Source of the DNA: Flavobacteriales bacterium
GTDB lineage: Bacteria > Bacteroidota > Bacteroidia > Palsa-965
Reading direction: 5' to 3'
Assembly: GCA_040377305.1 (NCBI GenBank)
Contig: JBEIPA010000003.1
Location: forward strand, 160,001 to 224,000
Length of the DNA: 64,000 nucleotides
Under the pieces are notes generated by a model that worked only from the letters and a program-made list of their open reading frames with translations, ran no database searches and was not told the DNA's origin. Each line of letters starts with the position of its first letter. The first letter of the stretch is position 1. The position numbers and the translations under genes are program-made. Below are positions 39,307 to 48,555 of this stretch, piece by piece.

Positions 39307-39485
39307 CCTGTTTCCGGTTCCCAGTTCTCCGTTCCCCGTTCCCGGTTTGAGTGGTGCAGATTAGGTAATTCGTTGCAGTGATGGAGGATAGGGATTTGAT
39401 AAGGTATAACAGTGCGAGATGGTCATTATTTCTGAAATAATTAGGACTAGCTGAAACTGGAAACAGGCAACCACAAACAGGGAAC
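39307..39485. repeat. Inverted pair of 7-mer tandem repeats (GTTYCCN)
   Basis: CCTGTTTCCGGTTCCCAGTTCTCCGTTCCCCGTTCCCGGTTT ... AAACTGGAAACAGGCAACCACAAACAGGGAAC in a divergent intergenic region. Confidence 0.75.
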
Positions 39486-39528
39486 TTTTGCACAAAAACC
39501 CTATTTTTAGGATTCAAACACCTTAACA

Positions 39529-40581
39529 ATGACTTACCGTTTACTACTCCCTACGTTGCTTCTGGCGGCTGGACTGAACACTGCTTCTGCTCAGGATACG
39601 ATAAAAGCAACAACGCTCCCTCCGGCACAGGAAGCCGAAATTTCGTACAACAACGGAACGACCAAGTTCAACAATAAGCAGTATGCGGATGCAATTGCCG
39701 ATTTCAACAAAGCGATTGAGCTCAAGCCTGACTTTGAGAAAGCGTATTACAACCGCGGACTTACGCGTATGGAGCTTTTTCAGAATAAAGCAGCGATCGA
39801 AGATTTTTCGAAATCGATTGAACTGAACGCCGGTGCTGACTATGCCTATTTATCGCGCGGACAAGCGAAGGAAGCAGAAGGAAATAAAGACGGTGCGGCG
39901 GGAGATTACGCGCAGGCAACTGTTTTGAATCCGCGAAACGATAAAGCATTTTACTACAATGGTGTTCTCAAGTTTGAAAGAATGGATTACACCGGAGCGA
40001 TTGCAGATTTTGATAAAGCAATTCAGGTGAATGCCACCGACGCGTATTACTGGAACGATCGCGGAAGTGCCAAACGTATGAAACAGGATTACGTTGGTGC
40101 AATTTCCGATTACAACATGGCGATCAAGTTGAATCCAGGACTTTCGTTTGTTTACAACAACAAAGGAAGTGCGCAGAAAGCAAATGGGGATCTGAAAGGT
40201 GCAATTGAATCGTACACCACCGCGGTGAACATGAAAACTGATTATTATGTTGCTTACAACAATCGAGGTACAGCGAAAATGGAGAACGGAGATCTTGTTG
40301 GTGCCATGTCAGATTTCAATCGCGCGATTCAACTCAAATCGGATTATGCATTTGCTTATGTAAATCGAGCTGCAGTTCGTTACAAACAACGCGACTACAA
40401 AGGAGCAGTGGAGGATTGCGACAAAGCAATTGCCATCAATTCTAATTATGCAGAAGCGTACCTCAACCGTGGAATTGCAAAAGAAATGTTGCGCGACAAT
40501 TCAGCGTGCAGCGATTTCAAAAAAGCTTCTGAGCTTGGCTTGAAGCAGGCAGATCAGTATATCGGTGACTGCAACGATTAA
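39529..40581 (+). CDS. Exported tetratricopeptide repeat protein
   Basis: Signal peptide and about 9 regular 34-aa TPRs (AYYNRG...AI.D..KAI). Confidence 0.92.
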   Translation: MTYRLLLPTLLLAAGLNTASAQDTIKATTLPPAQEAEISYNNGTTKFNNKQYADAIADFNKAIELKPDFEKAYYNRGLTRMELFQNKAAIEDFSKSIELNAGADYAYLSRGQAKEAEGNKDGAAGDYAQATVLNPRNDKAFYYNGVLKFERMDYTGAIADFDKAIQVNATDAYYWNDRGSAKRMKQDYVGAISDYNMAIKLNPGLSFVYNNKGSAQKANGDLKGAIESYTTAVNMKTDYYVAYNNRGTAKMENGDLVGAMSDFNRAIQLKSDYAFAYVNRAAVRYKQRDYKGAVEDCDKAIAINSNYAEAYLNRGIAKEMLRDNSACSDFKKASELGLKQADQYIGDCND

Positions 40582-40636
40582 ACTTACGACTACGCCCGAT
40601 AATAATTCAATCGAAGTATTCAAGATGACCCATCAT

Positions 40637-42784
40637 ATGAAGAAGCTACTAACACTCGCACTTGTTCTTTCCGGATTTACGTTTCAGTCGTTCGCACAGA
40701 ACGTGGAATGGGAAGAGAAGAATTTTCCTGATAAAAAAGCTTTCAAGGAAGCGAAACGTCATTACGAAGACGGCAACGATCATTATAATGAAGCGCGCGG
40801 AATTGAACTTGAATTGCTTGATGGTTTCATCAAGGAAAACGGGTACCTGCCGAATGGAAGTAATGAACTTCAGGGCGGGCAAGGCAGTATATATAAAATG
40901 GCATTGGACGAATTTCTCATTGCTAATCAGTTCAACCCGAATAGTGCGAGTTTGAATTTTAAAATCGCTGTGTGTTATTATAATTTGCCGAGTCAGAAAC
41001 TGATGGGCACCAGCTATCTCGAGAAGGCGCAGAAACTCAATCCTTCCGTGGACCCGATGTTGAATTATTATCTGGGGCGATTGTTTCACCTCTCCAGTCG
41101 TTGGGACGATGCAATTGCTGCTTACCGCAATTACCAAACTACGTTGTCTGCTGATCCAACAAAGAACAGAGACAAAATCGCAGATATGAACCGAAAAATC
41201 GGTGAGTGTATTAACGGAAAGGAATATGTTAAGAATCCGCAACGGGTGTTCATTGACAATCTTGGTAAAACGGTGAACTCTCCGGATCCGGAGTACACAC
41301 CACTGATTACTGCTGATGAATCGGAAATGCTTTTCTGTTCCCGTCGCGCAAATACAACTGGTGGAACTAAAGATGATGGTGGTCAGTTCTATGAGGATTT
41401 GTACATCACGCAACATATTAATGGCACATGGACAGCACCGATAAATTTAGGAAAGCCTGTAAACACGGAAGACCACGATGCTCCGGCAGGTTTGTCACCA
41501 GATGGACAGATCTTATATACGTACCGGCATTCGGGTAACGGAGATATTTTTGAGAGTGATCTGAAGGGCACCGTGTGGTCAGAACCGGAACGTTTGAACA
41601 AGAATATCAATACGGATGCACACGAATCTTCAGTGTCGGTTTCCGGCGATGGAAAAAAACTGTACTTCGTCAGTGACAAAAAAGTGGAAGGTTCTATTGG
41701 CAACCGCGATATCTGGTATTCAACGAAGGATGAAAAAGGTAAGTGGGGCAAGTCTGTAAACCTTGGGCCCGGTGTAAACACGATGTACGGTGAAGAAGGT
41801 GTATTCGTGCATCCTGATGGAAAAACGATTTATTTCAGCTCGCAAGGACACAAAACAATGGGAGGATATGATGTATTCAAAATTGTATTTGAGAACGGAG
41901 CTTGGTCACAACCGATCAACCTCGGTTATCCGATCAACGGTCCTGATGATGATGTGTTCTTCGTAATCTCTGCGAGTGGTAAGCACGGTTATTTCGCTTC
42001 GAACAAAGCAGACGGACAAGGTGAGAAAGATATTTACAAGATCACTTTCCTTGGTCCGGAAAAACCACTTGCGATCAGTAATGAAGACAACCTTCTTGCA
42101 GGAAGAACGGCTCCGGTAAAACAAGTTCAAGCGCAACAAACCGTTCCTGTAACAACCGCTAATGTTACTCTTTTGAAAGGAGTAATCACCGACATCAACA
42201 CGAAGAAGCCGCTTGCTGCGACAATAGAAATCGTCGACAACTCACGTAATGAAGTTGTAGCCACCTTTACGGCGAACACGGCATCAGGAAAGTATCTCGC
42301 GGTTCTTCCGTCAGGGAAAAACTATGGTATTGCCGTGAAGATGGACGGTTACCTTTTCCATTCCGAAAACTTCGATATTCCGCTCGCTGCGAATTACCAG
42401 GAAGTGGTGAAGGACGTAGAGATGAAACCAATTGTTGTCGGAAGTACGATCGTTTTGAAAAACGTGTTCTTCGATTACAACAAAGCAACGTTGAAGTCAG
42501 AATCATACATCGAGCTTGATCGTGTTGTGAAGCTGCTTAACGATAATCCTTCTATGCGGATTGAACTTTCCGGTCACACCGATAATCGCGGTACGGAAGA
42601 ATACAATCAAAAGCTTTCAGAAGATCGTGCGAAATCGTGTGTTGAATATCTGACCAGCAAAGGAATTGCACCGAGCCGTTTGGAGTTCAAAGGTTACGGA
42701 GAATCGAAGCCAATCAATCCGAACAATACGGAAGAAGGTTGGGCGGAGAACAGACGGACGGAGTTTAAGATTATTGGGAAATAA
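40637..42784 (+). CDS. OmpA family protein with TPR, PD40 beta-propeller and carboxypeptidase-regulatory domains (PorE-like architecture)
   Basis: Signal peptide, TPR, repeated NLG..VNT / LYFVSD units, C-terminal SGHTD...LS..RA...NRRTEF. Confidence 0.9.
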   Translation: MKKLLTLALVLSGFTFQSFAQNVEWEEKNFPDKKAFKEAKRHYEDGNDHYNEARGIELELLDGFIKENGYLPNGSNELQGGQGSIYKMALDEFLIANQFNPNSASLNFKIAVCYYNLPSQKLMGTSYLEKAQKLNPSVDPMLNYYLGRLFHLSSRWDDAIAAYRNYQTTLSADPTKNRDKIADMNRKIGECINGKEYVKNPQRVFIDNLGKTVNSPDPEYTPLITADESEMLFCSRRANTTGGTKDDGGQFYEDLYITQHINGTWTAPINLGKPVNTEDHDAPAGLSPDGQILYTYRHSGNGDIFESDLKGTVWSEPERLNKNINTDAHESSVSVSGDGKKLYFVSDKKVEGSIGNRDIWYSTKDEKGKWGKSVNLGPGVNTMYGEEGVFVHPDGKTIYFSSQGHKTMGGYDVFKIVFENGAWSQPINLGYPINGPDDDVFFVISASGKHGYFASNKADGQGEKDIYKITFLGPEKPLAISNEDNLLAGRTAPVKQVQAQQTVPVTTANVTLLKGVITDINTKKPLAATIEIVDNSRNEVVATFTANTASGKYLAVLPSGKNYGIAVKMDGYLFHSENFDIPLAANYQEVVKDVEMKPIVVGSTIVLKNVFFDYNKATLKSESYIELDRVVKLLNDNPSMRIELSGHTDNRGTEEYNQKLSEDRAKSCVEYLTSKGIAPSRLEFKGYGESKPINPNNTEEGWAENRRTEFKIIGK

Positions 42785-42867
42785 TTCCGCATTTCGAATT
42801 CTGGATTCCGAGATTTCGCACAAAGAATCTTTGAGTCCGGAATTGCGGAATCACAGAATCGCGGAAT
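42783..42867. repeat. Inverted pair of 7-mer repeats (ATTCCG family)
   Basis: AATTCCGCATTTCGAATTCTGGATTCCG ... CGGAATTGCGGAATCACAGAATCGCGGAAT, spanning from the stop codon to the next start codon. Confidence 0.75.
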
Positions 42868-43579
42868 GATGAGCGACGAAAGGTTTTACGAGCGCGAACT
42901 GGTTACTACCGAAGACGGTTCCACTTCCATATTTCTTCCTCAGCTAAACGAACACTACCATTCCCATCACGGCGCGGTGCAGGAATCGCAATACGTGTTT
43001 ATGAAAATGGGGTGGGAGGAACTACGCTGGAAGAATCGCGTTGATGTTCTTGAAATTGGTTTCGGTACTGGGTTGAATGCATGGCTGGTTTTGAATGAAA
43101 TGCTTGGTGATCCTGCGGCGCCAAGGGTGCATTATACCAGTTTGGAGCTTTATCCTGTTGAACTGAATCTCCTGGCACAAGTGGGCTATTGGAATTTGGT
43201 CGCGAATGGAAGTGGTCACGATCACAAGCAGTTATTTCTAAATATGCATGTTGCATCGTGGGATTCGGAAGCGGAAATTTATCCGGGCTTTGTGCTGGAG
43301 AAATTGAAACAAAGCGTGCAGGATTTTCAACCACGAATTTTATACGATTTGATTTTCTTCGATGCATTCTCTCCCAATGTGCAGCCTGAATTGTGGACGA
43401 AAGAAATTTTCGAAAAGATGTTTGCAGCAATGAATCCCGGTGGAATTCTGGTTACTTATTGTGCAAAAGGGGATGTAAGACGAAACATGATCGCTGCTGG
43501 ATTTGAAGTGGAGAGAGTTGCTGGTCCACCGGGAAAGAGGGAGATGTTACGCGCCCGGGTAGTGGGTTCTAAGTTCTAG
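42866..43579 (+). CDS. mnmD: tRNA mnm5s2U34 methyltransferase (stand-alone MnmC methyltransferase domain)
   Basis: TEDGS, EHYHS.HGA.QES, LEIGFGTGLN, FFDAFSP, GPPGKREM. Confidence 0.92.
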   Translation: MMSDERFYERELVTTEDGSTSIFLPQLNEHYHSHHGAVQESQYVFMKMGWEELRWKNRVDVLEIGFGTGLNAWLVLNEMLGDPAAPRVHYTSLELYPVELNLLAQVGYWNLVANGSGHDHKQLFLNMHVASWDSEAEIYPGFVLEKLKQSVQDFQPRILYDLIFFDAFSPNVQPELWTKEIFEKMFAAMNPGGILVTYCAKGDVRRNMIAAGFEVERVAGPPGKREMLRARVVGSKF

Positions 43580-43660
43580 GTTTAAAGAATTCGAACAAAG
43601 AATACTGAACAAAGAGAATCGAACCAATAACCAATAACCAGGAACCTAGAACCTGGAACC
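43565..43660. repeat. Inverted pair of 7-mer repeats (GTTCTAG / AACCTAG) overlapping two convergent stop codons
   Basis: GGTTCTAAGTTCTAGGTT ... AACCAATAACCAATAACCAGGAACCTAGAACCTGGAACC; internal AAAGAAT..GAAC repeat. Confidence 0.8.
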
Positions 43661-44080
43661 TTTTCGCGACTCAATTTCGAGATCAACTTCTTTCAGCCAT
43701 TTAATTCCTTCGCTGAAGTCCCAAACAACTTTGTAAGGTCGTACAGGCTTGTTGAATTTGTAGTAGAACTCTGCAATGATCTTGTGAGCAAGTGTATTTA
43801 CGAAAACAACTGACGCAAGAAGGGGCGACTGTTTTTCCAGCTGGGAAGCATTTTCCCGTGCCTCTCTGCTAATTGTACAGTATTCTCCTGCCTCAAAGAT
43901 GAAAGGCATTTGCTTTCCGCCGGTAATTTCGTTGTAGACCACCAGAAGAATTTCCTGGACAGTTACAGTGATTTCAGTGTGTGGTTTGAAATAAACGTGG
44001 ATGATTCCGTCGTCGCGCAGACCGACTAGTGCAAAGTCATTTTCAATTTTAGAAGCAATTCTTTCCTGATCCTTCATCAT
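43646..44080 (-). CDS. Small alpha/beta (STAS/SEC14-like) hypothetical protein, paralog 1
   Basis: DGIIHV, ISREARE, LAHKIIAEFYYKFNKP..PYKV...EGIKWL. Confidence 0.75.
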   Translation of the reverse strand: MMKDQERIASKIENDFALVGLRDDGIIHVYFKPHTEITVTVQEILLVVYNEITGGKQMPFIFEAGEYCTISREARENASQLEKQSPLLASVVFVNTLAHKIIAEFYYKFNKPVRPYKVVWDFSEGIKWLKEVDLEIESRKGSRF

Positions 44081-44174
44081 GGGGGTCCATCGAAGGTAAG
44101 TCATATAAGGATTCGTGAGCCGAATTTCCCTTGATGAAGACTAGCTCCGAACAGTCGAAGAGTGCAGTATTCAC

Positions 44175-44594
44175 TTATGGCTTAGATTCAAGCTCTGCGC
44201 GCGTTTTCGTCAGCCATTCAATTCCTTCTTCAAAATCTGAGAATACTTTATACGGCTGTTGAGGCTTATTGAATTTATAATAGAACTCTGCTATGATTTT
44301 ATGCGCGAGCGTTTTCACGAGAACAACTTTACAAAGTGTTGGTGTTTTAGGCTCAAGCAGGATAGCATGTTCACGTGCTTCGCTGGTAACGGTCGAATAT
44401 TCTCCTGCTTCGTACATAGCTGCGTGTGGTTTGCCTCCAGTGATCTGCATCATCACTTCAAGTTGACGCAATTGATATTCTGATGTTATTTCCGCGTGAG
44501 GCTTGTAATATAAATGCAGGATGCCGTCCTTCCTTAAACCAATGATTGATTCAGGAAGCTCAATTTTCTGTATGAGCTGATCGGATTGCGTCAT
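44175..44594 (-). CDS. Small alpha/beta (STAS/SEC14-like) hypothetical protein, paralog 2
   Basis: Same motifs as the neighbour, including an identical 17-aa block TLAHKIIAEFYYKFNKP. Confidence 0.75.
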   Translation of the reverse strand: MTQSDQLIQKIELPESIIGLRKDGILHLYYKPHAEITSEYQLRQLEVMMQITGGKPHAAMYEAGEYSTVTSEAREHAILLEPKTPTLCKVVLVKTLAHKIIAEFYYKFNKPQQPYKVFSDFEEGIEWLTKTRAELESKP

Positions 44595-44681
44595 TCGGTT
44601 TGTAGACGCATCGAAGGTAGAAAAAAGGATTGGTCGATTAAGAACGCCGAAGTGAGAACACTGCGATAGATGTTGATGTAT

Positions 44682-45104
44682 TTAAAACTTCATTGCGAAA
44701 TGATGTGCGGTAATATCAAATCCATAACGCAGATAGAAGCGATGCGCTGCAAATCGTTGTACGCCTGAGTCGAGGTGAATGCACTCGCATTTTTCATTTT
44801 TGCAATAGTCGATGATGAAGTCCAGCACTTTAGCACCATATCCTTTGCTGCGATGTGCTTCCAGTGTGCTCAGATCATCAACGTAAACGCCTTTGCCGCG
44901 ATGAAACATTTCGTCTATACGGAATCCACCAACGCAAGGAACAGTTCCGTCTTCGAGCTCCAGCATTGCGAGGTGATATCCACCGGCAATCATACGCTTG
45001 ACCATGGTCATGTAATCAGCTTCTTCGAGAAAGGGACGCAGTTCTTTTACTGCAGGAAATGCGCGGCGAAAATCTTCACCGGTGCGGGCTATCTTGATGT
45101 TCAT
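44682..45104 (-). CDS. GNAT acetyltransferase
   Basis: YVDDL, HRSKGYG, LDSGVQRFAAHRFY. Confidence 0.9.
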   Translation of the reverse strand: MNIKIARTGEDFRRAFPAVKELRPFLEEADYMTMVKRMIAGGYHLAMLELEDGTVPCVGGFRIDEMFHRGKGVYVDDLSTLEAHRSKGYGAKVLDFIIDYCKNEKCECIHLDSGVQRFAAHRFYLRYGFDITAHHFAMKF

Positions 45105-45134
45105 ACCTAAAGATACTCAAGCTTTTTTACCACA

Positions 45135-45153
45135 CTTCGACAAGCTTAGTGCA
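45135..45153. repeat. CTTCGACAAGCTnAGTGCA repeat unit
   Basis: Reverse complement TGCACTAAGCTTGTCGAAG resembles the GAGC..GTCGAAG family at 18571 and 44117. Confidence 0.5.
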
Positions 45154-45254
45154 GGCTCCGGATCATAGCCGGTAGTTTTCTTGTCGGGTGAAAGAACCAC
45201 ATAGTTCACAAGAGGATACCGCTTTAAGCGATATCCCTGTTCTATGCGGTAAAA

Positions 45255-45425
45255 TCAAAGTTGTGCAGTGGTATCAGGAAGTATTGTTGTAGTGTCTCTA
45301 TCCTGGTGCGGACAATCGCGAACCGGACGTATTTCTGTTCGTTCACACGAATACAACATGCAACAGGTGACAAACATTGCCGTAAGCCAGAAGGCGAGAA
45401 TGAGGAGGGGTGATTGCGCGTTCAT
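45255..45425 (-). CDS. Small putative lipoprotein (56 aa)
   Basis: Hydrophobic leader ending in lipobox LYSC. Confidence 0.5.
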   Translation of the reverse strand: MNAQSPLLILAFWLTAMFVTCCMLYSCERTEIRPVRDCPHQDRDTTTILPDTTAQL

Positions 45426-45541
45426 AAGAGTAGGTTTTGTACTTATGACGTTGAAGAACAAGTGATGTCAGCTACAATGTTGTAATTGTAAAGATTGATT
45501 CGGTAAGTGGAAAGAATTTTGCGGAAAGTGGTAAAGAAAAG

Positions 45542-45988
45542 TTATCCCTTCCACTCGTGCTGACAGTTGGAGCAGAAATATGATTTGTTGGAGTGGTTGA
45601 CTAGTGTTTCCACAATGGCAAGTGTCCCTGTCATTTTCGGAAGATCGGGACGCTTGAGATAAACAGCAGCTTTTTCGCAGCTCGGACAAATGCTTCTTAC
45701 GAGATCATATGTCTGTCCATCTACATCCAGGGAATCATGAAGTTCCACGGATGGTTCAACCTGTGCATCAAGCATTGCAACAATTGCCCTGGCATCGGCT
45801 TCCTGAGAACGGTTCACTTTCACCTCAACATTTCCATCGGTAATAGATGAAAACAAACGAGGAGACAAATTGTTCTTATTGTGAATTAGGACTGCAATTC
45901 CTTCGGACTCTAATCGAAGAGCAAGGAACTGAGCCTGAAATGCAAACTGAAAACTGGCAACTGTTACTAAGTGATCAAGTGCACTCAT
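45542..45988 (-). CDS. DUF2007 (PII-like) domain protein with C-terminal Zn ribbon
   Basis: LVTVASF...A......LESEGI; CPSC...CSNCQHEW. Confidence 0.8.
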   Translation of the reverse strand: MSALDHLVTVASFQFAFQAQFLALRLESEGIAVLIHNKNNLSPRLFSSITDGNVEVKVNRSQEADARAIVAMLDAQVEPSVELHDSLDVDGQTYDLVRSICPSCEKAAVYLKRPDLPKMTGTLAIVETLVNHSNKSYFCSNCQHEWKG

Positions 45989-46000
45989 GCTCTAAATTAC

Positions 46001-46033
46001 AAAATCCCGCTCGTAAAGACGAACGGGATTTTT
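46001..46033 (-). terminator. Rho-independent terminator after dnaN
   Basis: AAAATCCCG...CGGGATTTT stem with A/T tracts on both sides. Confidence 0.7.
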
Positions 46034-46062
46034 ATTAGTTGATGTGCGAATTAGTTGATTAG

Positions 46063-47205
46063 TTAGTTATTGAGCATCACTGGCATAACCAACATCAATG
46101 TATCTTCTGTAGCGCCGTTGTTGTTGTTTGGTAACAGAATGCCTGCACGGTTTGGAGCCGACATCTCAATTGTAGCTTCATTGCTGTCGATGTTCGTGAG
46201 CATTTCGACAAGGAAGCGGGAGTTGAAACCAATTTCCATATCGTCGCCAGCGTAAGAGCAAGTGAGACGCTCTGCAGCTTCGTTCGAGAAGTCAAGATCT
46301 TCTGCAGAAATATTCAGTTCGCTTCCGGTAATTTTCAACCGTACCTGGTGTGTGGTTTTGTTTGCGAAGATGGAAACGCGACGGATAGAACCCAGAAGCG
46401 CAGTTGTATCGATTGTAAGTTTATTCGGATTGTTCTTCGGAATAACTGCATCGTAGTTCGGATATTTTCCGTCGATGAGGCGGCAGATCAAAGTCGAACC
46501 AACTGATCCGTCAGGAGCAATTCCCCAGCTAAAGCGAGCGTTAGTTGCATTGTATTCTACGCGAACGAGACCTTCACCTGTACCAAGAATATTCTTGAGA
46601 AGGTTCAATGGCTTGCGCGGAAGAATGAAAGAAGCGTTTCCGGTAGCTTTCACATCACCGCGACGGTAGCGAACGAGTTTGTGTGCATCTGTTGCAACGA
46701 ACGTGGTTCCATCGGTAGCAAATTGTACGAACACGCCCGACATTACCGGACGAAGCTCATCGTTTCCTGCTGCGAACAATGTTTTTCCGATTGCGCGGGA
46801 AAGAATTGTTCCGTCCATTTCGATAGACGACCCATTGTCCACCGAAGGAGCTTTCGGGAATTCATCTCCATTCTGTCCGGTGATTTTGTATTTACCGTAG
46901 TCAGAAGAAATCTCGATAGCGAGACGCTTCTTGTCGATTGTAAACGTGAGTGGCTGCTCAGGAAAAGTTTTCAGTGTATCGATGAGCAGTCGCGCCGGAA
47001 CAGCAACGTTTCCTGTGTCTTTCGATTCAACCGTAAGATGTGTTGTAATCGTTGTTTCAAGATCAGACGCAGCAATAGTGAGCGTGCCTTTGTCGACCTC
47101 GAACAGGAAATTGTCCAGAATTGGGAGCGTGTTGCTGCTGTTCAGAACACCGTTCAACATCTGGATTTGCTTCAATAAGGTTGAGCTGGATACAATGAAT
47201 TTCAT
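46063..47205 (-). CDS. dnaN: DNA polymerase III beta sliding clamp
   Basis: LPILDNFLF, RPVMSGV, VATDAHKL, RLIDGKYPNY, IGFNSRFL, LVMPV; TATTTTTG -7 element at 47232-47239. Confidence 0.97.
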   Translation of the reverse strand: MKFIVSSSTLLKQIQMLNGVLNSSNTLPILDNFLFEVDKGTLTIAASDLETTITTHLTVESKDTGNVAVPARLLIDTLKTFPEQPLTFTIDKKRLAIEISSDYGKYKITGQNGDEFPKAPSVDNGSSIEMDGTILSRAIGKTLFAAGNDELRPVMSGVFVQFATDGTTFVATDAHKLVRYRRGDVKATGNASFILPRKPLNLLKNILGTGEGLVRVEYNATNARFSWGIAPDGSVGSTLICRLIDGKYPNYDAVIPKNNPNKLTIDTTALLGSIRRVSIFANKTTHQVRLKITGSELNISAEDLDFSNEAAERLTCSYAGDDMEIGFNSRFLVEMLTNIDSNEATIEMSAPNRAGILLPNNNNGATEDTLMLVMPVMLNN

Positions 47206-47379
47206 AAGTCGTAGTGATTAATCTTGACTTACAAAAATACCCGTTTTGAGAGGGGAGACCGGTGGGAAAAATCGGAGTTATTAACGGCTTTTGAACAAGA
47301 ATTTGACGCTAATTAATCGGAGAAACGACGTGCCAAATTGAGCTAATGAAGTGATTATCATCAGCTAGCAGCCAATTGG

Positions 47380-47410
47380 CTTCGAATCTTCAAATCTTCA
47401 GATTTTCGAA
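47380..47410. repeat. Single arm of the GATTTGAA 8-mer family overlapping a stop codon
   Basis: CTTCGAATCTTCAAATCTTCAGATTTTCGAA encodes S-K-I-stop of the adjacent gene on the minus strand. Confidence 0.65.
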
Positions 47411-48429
47411 GTAGTCGCACGGGCGAAATAAGCCGGCGTTTGAAGCAGTTTTCCGAAGACGTAATACTGGACCATCACGAAATCCTTCCCGTCGTTCACC
47501 GTCGCCCACATATTGTCGACATCGTACTTCGGAGCATTCGGCAATGTGTCGGTTCCAAGCACACCCGTTCCTGTTTTGTGATAGAACTTCACCACGTTCT
47601 TTTTGCCGGCCGCATCCTGAACTGTAATAATGTGAGCAGGCGGACTGGTCATCACAGAATCTTTCTTCGAATAATCGTTGTGAAATTCAGTGAAGCCCAG
47701 TCGGATGAAATACGAAATGAACTGACGTACTTGCACCGTGTCGAATGGCAAAGGTTTTCCATCAATCGATTGCAAACCATATTGCATGTTCGGCGATTGC
47801 ATTACAATGAAAGATGCTTCCGGCATACCGGCATGCTCCACTTTTACTGAACGGATATCCGGTACGAAATACTGGAACGCCGCTTTGTCGCGCCATTCGC
47901 GCTCGTCTGGAGAATAACGTGTGGTGAGATAACCATTGAATCCCTTGATCTCCATGATGAAAGGTTCCGAAGAATTCTCTCCCGTCTTTGCGTCGGCAAG
48001 CAACATGTAGGTGCCAAGCATATCAGGTGTTTCTCCACCTACATAGTACAAACGTTGCAGTTCTCCGTCTGCATAAATTTCGCACTTCACAGAGCCGGTA
48101 ATTAGACTCTTCACAATGTTCTCACGCGCTTTCGCGCCAACAGGCTCGCGCACACTGACTCTATAAATAGTTGCCAGTAACGTGTTAATTGCATCCTGAC
48201 GGGCAATGAATTTCTCATTTACTGTCCACGTTCCATTCGTATTCCGAACAAGTGTGACTTGCTTACCGGTTTTATCGGCAAGGAAAATTTTATCTACACC
48301 AGCCGTGTCTGCGTAAGCAAAATCCCGGAGTTCTTGCGCAACTGAACCCGGACCTGAATTCATTACCAGATAAACGGTGCCTGCACCAAGAATGAGAACG
48401 GCCAGGAGGATAATCGTATTACGGTTCAT
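47398..48429 (-). CDS. DUF4340-like membrane-anchored protein downstream of gldG
   Basis: N-terminal anchor, WTVN...AR, GFNGYL..R.......WRD; operon position. Confidence 0.75.
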   Translation of the reverse strand: MNRNTIILLAVLILGAGTVYLVMNSGPGSVAQELRDFAYADTAGVDKIFLADKTGKQVTLVRNTNGTWTVNEKFIARQDAINTLLATIYRVSVREPVGAKARENIVKSLITGSVKCEIYADGELQRLYYVGGETPDMLGTYMLLADAKTGENSSEPFIMEIKGFNGYLTTRYSPDEREWRDKAAFQYFVPDIRSVKVEHAGMPEASFIVMQSPNMQYGLQSIDGKPLPFDTVQVRQFISYFIRLGFTEFHNDYSKKDSVMTSPPAHIITVQDAAGKKNVVKFYHKTGTGVLGTDTLPNAPKYDVDNMWATVNDGKDFVMVQYYVFGKLLQTPAYFARATTSKI

Positions 48430-48555
48430 ATAATTGAAATGTCGTTACTGGGGAGTTGAACGTTTGCCCGGAAATTCACAATTGACGGACGATACAAAGA
48501 TGGGTATTCAATCGTAATTGCAGCAGCAATTCTCATTGGTGGCACAATTTGGCTT

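Noticed and set aside
40649-41416. 255-aa minus-strand ORF and similar nested ORFs in the track
   Set aside because: Antisense to conserved genes; explained by codon bias.
47333-48553. GCCAAATTG / CAATTTGGC inverted repeat flanking the DUF4340-like gene
   Set aside because: Only 9 bp, and the gene sits in its expected position after gldG.
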